Below, one piece after another: positions 62,170 to 64,000 of a stretch of 64,000 bases of DNA (positions within the stretch are counted from its first letter, which is position 1; each line of letters starts with the position of its first letter). The position numbers and the translations under genes were made by a program. The notes beneath the pieces were generated by a model. It was not told the DNA's origin and searched no databases. It saw only the letters and a program-made list of their open reading frames with translations. Source of the DNA: Eledone cirrhosa (Eukaryota); contig CAXHJY010001267.1 of NCBI GenBank assembly GCA_964016885.1, forward strand, positions 1 to 64,000, read 5' to 3'.

Positions 62170-64000
62170 GGTGGTGGTGTTGGTGGTGGTGTTGTGGTGG
62201 TAGTGGTGTTGTGGCGGTGGTGGTGTTGTGGTGGTGTGGTGGTGGTGGTGGTGGTGGTGGTGGTGGTGGTGATGGTGGTGATGGTGGCGGTGGTAGTGTT
62301 GTGGTGGTGGTAGTTTTAGTGGTCATGGTGGTGGTGGTGGTGGTGGTGGTGTTGTTGGTGTTGTGGTGGTGCTGGTGGTGGTGGTGATAGTATTAGTGGT
62401 GATGGTGGCGGTGGTAGTGTTGTGGTGGTGGTAGTATTAGTGGTGGTGGTGGTGGTGGTGGTGCTGGTGGTGTTGGTGGTGGTGGTGATAGTATTAGTGG
62501 TGATGGTGGCGGTGGTAGTGTGGTGGTGGTGGTGGTGGTGGAGGTGATAGTATTAGTGGTAATGGTGGCGGTGGCGGTGGTAGTGTGCTAGTGGTGGTGG
62601 TGGTGGCAGTGGTAGTGTGGTGGTGTTGGTGGTGGTGATATGTTAGTTGTTGTAATGTTGGTAGTGGTGGTGTAGGTGATAGCAGCAGTAGTAATAGTAG
62701 TAGTAGTAGTAGTAGTAGTGATGGTGGTGGTAGTGTTGTAGTGGTGGTGGTATTGTGGAGGTGTAGGTGATAGTAGTAGTAGTAGTAGTAGAAGTGATGG
62801 TGGTGGTAGTGTGGTGGTGTAGGTGATAGTATTAGTGGTTAAAACCAGCACCTCAACCACCACAACCACTACCACAACTACTACAACTACTACTGCCACC
62901 ACCACATAAACTACTACTACCACCACCACTACAACAACTACTACTACCACTACTACTACTATCACCACTACATCAACTACTACCACCACCACCGCCACTC
63001 ACCACTACTACAAGCACCTCCACCATAATCAAGAGCACTACCACTTCAGCCACCACCACCACTACATCTACTACTACCATAACCACACACCACTACTACC
63101 ACCTCCACCACAACCAAGACGACCACCACCTCAACTACCACAACCACTACCACAACTACTACTAATACCACCACTACGTCAACTACTACCATAACCACCA
63201 CCACTACTACTACTACAACTACCACTACCACCACCACAACTACTACTATAACTACTACGACCACCACTACGTCAACTACTACCACAACCACCACTCAGCC
63301 CCACTACTGCAACCACCTCCACTACAACCAAGACAACCACCACCACATCTCCTACTAAAACTACTACCACCACCACAACTACTCCTACAACTACAACTAC
63401 GATAACCACAACTACTACTACAACTACTACTACTACTACCACAACCACCACAACAACTACTACTACTGCTACTACTACAACTACCATAACCACCACCACA
63501 ACTACTACTACAACTACTACTACCACCACTACGTCAACAACTACCACAACCACCACAACAACTACTACTACTGCTACAACTACAACTACCACCACCACAA
63601 CTACTACTACAACTACTACTACTACTACCACCACTACGTCAACAACTACCACAACCACCACAACTACTACTACTACTACTACAACTACAACTACCACCAC
63701 CACAACTACTACTACAACTACTACTACTACTACCACCACTGCGTCAACTACTACCACAACCAACACTCAGCCCCACTACTGCAACCACCTCCACTACAAC
63801 CAAGACGACCAGCACCTCCCCCACCAAAACCAATGCCACCACCACCACCACCACCACAACTACTACTACAACTACCACTACTACTACCACCACTGCGCCA
63901 ACTACTACCACAACCAACACTCAGCCCCACTACTGCAACCACCTCCACTACAACCAAGACGACCAGCACCTCCCCCACCAAAACCAATGCCACCACTACC
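62170..64000. repeat. (GGT/AGT)n switching to (ACC/ACT)n at ~62840
   Basis: Direct inspection. Confidence 0.92.

Overview
AT-rich eukaryotic, non-coding-looking DNA dominated by microsatellites ((TA)n, (CA)n, (GA)n, (GGT/GTT)n, (ACT)n). The SINE types and microsatellite load resemble an octopus/cephalopod genome (inference). Almost all ORFs in the supplied track are microsatellite read-through artefacts. Supportable content: (i) a 5'-truncated, frameshifted L1/Tx1-type LINE (minus, ~16204-19066) and a rearranged 3' copy of it; (ii) an RTE-clade LINE 3' fragment in which a 65-bp coding segment has been amplified into a ~48-copy satellite; (iii) several tRNA-derived SINEs, one with a 77-bp tail array; (iv) two head-to-tail non-autonomous Helitron-like elements; (v) one plausible 108-bp exon. 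The main signal is about 28 hammerhead-ribozyme motifs with a recognisable core, from about 9 sequence families. They sit in short Penelope-like pseudo-LTR fragments embedded in (TA)n tracts, often as snap-back palindromes. They include core variants (CAGAAGA, CCGAUGA, CUUGAGAA), long stem-II forms, and one motif at 4022-4090 whose three strands occur in a non-circularly permuted (pseudoknotted) order. All structures were folded by eye; no activity or homology search was run.
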